From Patescibacteria group bacterium (GTDB lineage Bacteria > Patescibacteriota > CPR2 > UBA1875): a DNA stretch of 64,000 nucleotides. The position numbers and the translations under genes are program-made. The stretch covers positions 118 through 64,117 of the forward strand of contig JBGSRK010000014.1 of assembly GCA_041737595.1 (NCBI GenBank), read 5' to 3'. Below are positions 59,950 through 64,000 of this stretch, one piece after another (the stretch's first letter is position 1; each line of letters starts with the position of its first letter). A model generated the notes under the pieces. The model was not told the DNA's origin. It made no database searches and was given only the letters and a program-made list of their open reading frames with translations.

Positions 59950-62067
59950 TTATTTGCCAAATACTTTTAAATAATCAAATTTTAAATCCTTAGTCGGTTC
60001 TGTCCCTGGTATGTAATATTCTAATATGTTTGGTAATCTTTGAGATGAAGAAGGTAGACCAGTTCTAGGTGTTATCCACATTTCAGAGATTCCTTCAGGT
60101 TTTGTAAACAATTCAGCTGGTATATCTTGATGAATAGATTTCATTATATCATTCCAAATATATGCAGCCCCTTCGATACCTGAAACTCGGGACATAACTG
60201 TTCTATCATTGTTCCCCATCCAAACACCAACCGTATAATTTGGAGTATAACCCATTGTCCAGGAATCTGCATAATTATCTGTAGTACCAGTTTTTGCAGC
60301 AACTACCCTATCTTTTAAATATAAAGGGCTAGAGCTCCCAAAAACCATAGATCTTGCTTTATTATCAGAAAGGATACTTGTCATTATATATGCTGCCTTG
60401 TCATCAATAACCTGTTTAAATGATTTCTTTTTTTCAAAAACTACTTCATCTTCTGCATCAATAATTTTGTTTATACTTGTAAAAGAAGCCAGACGACCGT
60501 TATTTGCAAAAACAGAATATGCTCTTGTTAACTCAAAAAGTTTTACTTCTGCGCTACCAAGTCCGATTGATAAACCATAATTATTATCTTCTTCGAGAGT
60601 TGTTATGCCAAGCTTTTTGGCAGTTTCAATTATTTTATCTACCCCAACTAATTTTGCCATTTCAACTGCAGGTATATTTAAGGAGTTAGCAAGCGCGATT
60701 CTCATTGTCACATTTCCGTGATAAGAACCATCATAGTTCCTTGGTTTATATGCCGGATTTCCACCAAAATTAACATATTTGTCAGCAAATAATGAAGAAG
60801 CTGTAAATTTAGACAAGAGCCCAGACATATAAACAATTGGCTTGAAAGATGAACCAGGCTGTCTTAATGATGTGGCAACATTAACTTTACTTTCTTCCCA
60901 ATTTATTCCACCAACCATCCCCGAAATTTCATAATTTTTGTTATCAAGTATTACCGCTGCAGCATTTGTAACTTTTCTACTTTTAAATTTATTCTCAATA
61001 TATTCTTTTGTAATTTCTTCTACTTTTTCTTGAACACTTGGGTTAAGGGAAGTATAAACTTCAAAACCACCACGAGAAAAGTTTTCATCTCCAATCTTCT
61101 CTTTTAGTTCATTTTTAGTATACTCAACAAAATTAGGATATTTTAGTGTCAGACTTAAATTTTGGTCATTAAAATATATAGCTTGATTTGCAGACTCTTT
61201 CGCTTGTTCTAAAGTAATCTTCCCAGTAAGTACCATTTTTGATAATACATACTCTTGCCTTTTTTTTGCTTGTTCATAATCACCTGAAATTGGAGAAAGT
61301 CTTGTTGGTGAAACCGGTAATCCAACAAGCATAGAAACTTCAGCTAAATCTAATTCAGAAACATCCTTATCATAATATGTTTTTGCGGCATTTTTAATCC
61401 CAAGCGCTTGTTCACCATAATAAACATTATTTAAATAATCTTCTAATATTTGATCTTTGGATTCTCTTTTTTCAATTTGAATAGCATATATTATTTCTTT
61501 AATTTTTCTTTCAAAACTTTTTTCATTTGTTAAATATAAATTTTTTACTAACTGTTGAGTTATAGAACTCCCCCCCTGTGAATAATTATTTTCAGAAAAT
61601 AAATCTGTGATTTTAGAAAAACCTGATTTATCACTATTGATAACATTTAAATAAGCGGCTCGTGCTAACCCCTTTGGATCAACTGCACCATGATTATAAA
61701 AATCAGCATCTTCAGAAGCAAGTGTCGCTGTTTTTATAACCTCAGGTACGTCTGAAATTTTAATATAATCAGGATTTTTTGCACCATAACTTTCATAAAT
61801 TATATTATTGTCTTTATCATAAAATACGATTTGTGTAGAATTACTTCTTTTTTTTGCTGTATCAAAAGACTTTGCATAAGAAGAATATACCCCATAACCT
61901 AAAAAAAATGATACTAAAACTAATCCAGATATAGCTGTTAAAATTGATAAAAAAAATATTTTAACTCCTCGAGCAAAGATTTTTAAATATTTATTTATTT
62001 TACCTATATTTTCTGGTTTACTATTAATTTCTTCTATTGTTTCAGAAGTCTTTTTTTCTTTTTTCAA
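59950..62067 (-). CDS. Class A penicillin-binding protein
   Basis: EDADF, GGSSITQQL and RKIKE (transglycosylase); SSFK, SLN and KTGT (transpeptidase). Confidence 0.95.
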   Translation of the reverse strand: MKKEKKTSETIEEINSKPENIGKINKYLKIFARGVKIFFLSILTAISGLVLVSFFLGYGVYSSYAKSFDTAKKRSNSTQIVFYDKDNNIIYESYGAKNPDYIKISDVPEVIKTATLASEDADFYNHGAVDPKGLARAAYLNVINSDKSGFSKITDLFSENNYSQGGSSITQQLVKNLYLTNEKSFERKIKEIIYAIQIEKRESKDQILEDYLNNVYYGEQALGIKNAAKTYYDKDVSELDLAEVSMLVGLPVSPTRLSPISGDYEQAKKRQEYVLSKMVLTGKITLEQAKESANQAIYFNDQNLSLTLKYPNFVEYTKNELKEKIGDENFSRGGFEVYTSLNPSVQEKVEEITKEYIENKFKSRKVTNAAAVILDNKNYEISGMVGGINWEESKVNVATSLRQPGSSFKPIVYMSGLLSKFTASSLFADKYVNFGGNPAYKPRNYDGSYHGNVTMRIALANSLNIPAVEMAKLVGVDKIIETAKKLGITTLEEDNNYGLSIGLGSAEVKLFELTRAYSVFANNGRLASFTSINKIIDAEDEVVFEKKKSFKQVIDDKAAYIMTSILSDNKARSMVFGSSSPLYLKDRVVAAKTGTTDNYADSWTMGYTPNYTVGVWMGNNDRTVMSRVSGIEGAAYIWNDIMKSIHQDIPAELFTKPEGISEMWITPRTGLPSSSQRLPNILEYYIPGTEPTKDLKFDYLKVFGK

Positions 62068-62085
62068 TTAAACCTCAATAAAATA

Positions 62086-62259
62086 TTATTTAGAATTTTT
62101 CAAATAAAGTGCATAAAGAACTAAAATAATTGCAACTTCAAGCCATTGAGTTGGTGCAAGCCATAAGTCGCTAGCAGCAAAAGCGCCATAAGTTGCCAAA
62201 ATAACTGGTAACACAGATAAATAAAATAACCAGTCTGCGTATTTTGCAAAATCTTTCAT
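62086..62259 (-). CDS. Small membrane protein, 57 aa, not in ORF track
   Basis: SD AGGGG. Sequence MKDFAKYADWLFY...WLAPTQWL... with two hydrophobic segments. Confidence 0.6.
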   Translation of the reverse strand: MKDFAKYADWLFYLSVLPVILATYGAFAASDLWLAPTQWLEVAIILVLYALYLKNSK

Positions 62260-62285
62260 AATGCCCCTTTCTGCAAATATATTGC

Positions 62286-62816
62286 TTAATTAATATTTTT
62301 AATCTCTTGGTTATCAAGTTCGATATGGTCAGCTTCAACTTCTGAAAGTGCTTTAAAAAATACTTTTAATCTTTCATTTTTTGAATTGGGGATAAATGTT
62401 TCATAAAGCTTAGAGGCATGTTCTTCTTTTATTTTTGAAAATTCTAAATTTTTAAGATCACTTCCTTTTTCTTCACTTGGTTCAAAAATTGAAGAATCTT
62501 TTTGTCCTTTTAATAATTTTATAGCGACATTGTAGTGTTCATTCTCAATTTTTGCCAAATATTTAAAATAACCTTTCATTTTATCGGTTTTGGCTGAATT
62601 TGAGGCTGCACGATAAAATCGAGTGTTTTCATATTCTAATTCTCTGGTGGTTTCTAAATTAGCCTTTTCTGTTTCTGTTAATTCAAAACCTAAATTTTCA
62701 TCTTTCCAAACAGACAATTTAACCAAATACATCCCATGTGCACCACAAAACGGGCAATGAGTTGGGTGTTTACCAAAATACACTTCTCCACAAATTCTAC
62801 ATCTAGTTAGTTCCAT
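62286..62816 (-). CDS. Rubrerythrin/ferritin-like protein with N-terminal rubredoxin
   Basis: CRICG..CPFCG, two ExxH motifs. Confidence 0.88.
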   Translation of the reverse strand: MELTRCRICGEVYFGKHPTHCPFCGAHGMYLVKLSVWKDENLGFELTETEKANLETTRELEYENTRFYRAASNSAKTDKMKGYFKYLAKIENEHYNVAIKLLKGQKDSSIFEPSEEKGSDLKNLEFSKIKEEHASKLYETFIPNSKNERLKVFFKALSEVEADHIELDNQEIKNIN

Positions 62817-62929
62817 ATTTCCCCCTATCTATATTAATAATAACTATTTTTTTTAATCATTACAATAAAAATTAGCTAAAAATACAAATCATCAATTTAT
62901 TATGTAAATCTTTCTGATAAAATTTAAAA

Positions 62930-63811
62930 TTAAAAGAAAGATAATAACGCTATCCCAAATATTATAATAGCGATTCCAATTAATTGATTTTTTTGTAATC
63001 TTTCCTTTAGAAATATTCTAGCCAAAATTAATGTTGGGATTGAAAAGGTAGCAGCTAAAACAGTGATTATACTGACATAACTAGTAACGCCATATCCCCA
63101 GGTTAATGCTACATATGCAATAACATCTAAAAGACCCACAAACATCAACCACCTAAATACATTTTTATCCCTAACTATGACGGTCTTTTTTGATGCTTTA
63201 AGTGTGAATAGAAGCATTAATGACATAATTACCCTTAATAATAAAATCAGAACAACCCAGTTTTGTCCTCCTACAATCTTATCCCAAAACGGGAACCAAA
63301 AAGAAAATAACAAAACAGCCAATAATGCCTCTGGTATTCCATTGGCAAAATCTTCTTTTTTAAAGCCTCTTTTTTTAAGTTCAGCAATATCAGTTGATGC
63401 TAAAATAATACCTATAACAATTAAAAAAAGGAATAAACTGGTTTGTAATGTAAGTTTTTCTCCTAGAAATATAGCAGCAATTATTACAGAAAATGCAGAA
63501 TATGATGCCACTATTGGACTTACAATGCTTGCTTTGCCCTTTTCAAGAGCTTTATAGAACATTAGGTAACCAACTGCATCAACAAGCGCCATAAAAATTA
63601 CCCAAGCAAAAAGAGTCCACGTTATACCAGAAAAATCCCCTTTAATTAAGAAAAATAGGAACAATGGAATAATACCAAATGCTTGCATCCAGAATAAAGA
63701 AACTAAGTCCCCCACTTTATCCACTGACTTTTTAGCAAAAAAATCAGCTGTACCCCAACCGATCATAGAGATAAGCCCTGCTACAATTGCAATAATTAAT
63801 CCGTTTTGCAT
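62930..63811 (-). CDS. DMT/EamA family transporter
   Basis: Ten TM helices with duplicated LGE/LKE motifs. Confidence 0.88.
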   Translation of the reverse strand: MQNGLIIAIVAGLISMIGWGTADFFAKKSVDKVGDLVSLFWMQAFGIIPLFLFFLIKGDFSGITWTLFAWVIFMALVDAVGYLMFYKALEKGKASIVSPIVASYSAFSVIIAAIFLGEKLTLQTSLFLFLIVIGIILASTDIAELKKRGFKKEDFANGIPEALLAVLLFSFWFPFWDKIVGGQNWVVLILLLRVIMSLMLLFTLKASKKTVIVRDKNVFRWLMFVGLLDVIAYVALTWGYGVTSYVSIITVLAATFSIPTLILARIFLKERLQKNQLIGIAIIIFGIALLSFF

Positions 63812-63895
63812 ACTTAAATAATAACATATACAGGTTATAATATTCTAACCATAATTTGATATATCAAAAAATGCTTAACTTAGGCATTAAAATTA

Positions 63896-64000
63896 GCTAG
63901 GGAGGAGGGATTCGCCTTCTCACTCCGATTCGAAGTCCGGGGTGCATCACACAGGAAAGCTACATGTATTCGCTTCCCCCACTCGCACCCGTTCGAATCC
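63896..64000 (-). repeat. tRNA-3'-linked structured element, copy 3 (truncated at window edge)
   Basis: GGATTCGAACGGGTGC...GCACCCCGGACTTCGAATCGGAGTGAG...CGAATCCCTCCTCCCTAGC. Confidence 0.8.

Noticed and set aside
1-64000. CRISPR array, rRNA, or genetic code 25
   Set aside because: No repeat-spacer array or rRNA was seen. Conserved genes are full length in code 11 and TGA acts as a stop (e.g. ftsE).

Overview
Low-GC bacterial chromosome segment (sampled backbone lines about 22-35% GC), standard genetic code 11, with most genes on the minus strand. Gene content and style point to a Patescibacteria/CPR genome (inference); the presence of rplI fits a Berkelbacteria- or Parcubacteria-like lineage. 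The backbone is housekeeping: trxB, gltX, mreB, murA, nfo, rpmA, rplI, ftsEX, prfB, secA, hpf, serS, lysS, greA, alpha2-type GlyRS, recO, a class A PBP, a sortase with two candidate substrates, and three tRNAs (Glu-CTC, Gln-CTG, Leu-CAA). Four things stand out. (1) The left edge holds part of a diversity-generating retroelement: a template repeat at <1-95, a variable repeat at 438-532 in the C-terminus of a high-GC target gene, and a GAA-loop hairpin at the stop codon. It sits in a degraded island at tRNA-Glu, and its RT gene is predicted just left of the window. (2) A family of ~95-125 nt structured elements lies downstream of tRNA genes (three copies). They share a core CCGGA-N3-CGAATCGGAGTRAG and a covarying stem, and each is bracketed by an antisense copy of the local tRNA T-arm and a sense duplicate of the local tRNA 3' end. 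I cannot assign this to a named family, and it is the best candidate for an undescribed system. (3) A stand-alone GIY-YIG gene is flanked by a duplication of the tRNA-Gln 5' end. (4) There are also a MITE with a nested palindrome, GC-richer ORFan cassettes, an atypical sigma-70, several unannotated small proteins and widespread leaderless gene starts.
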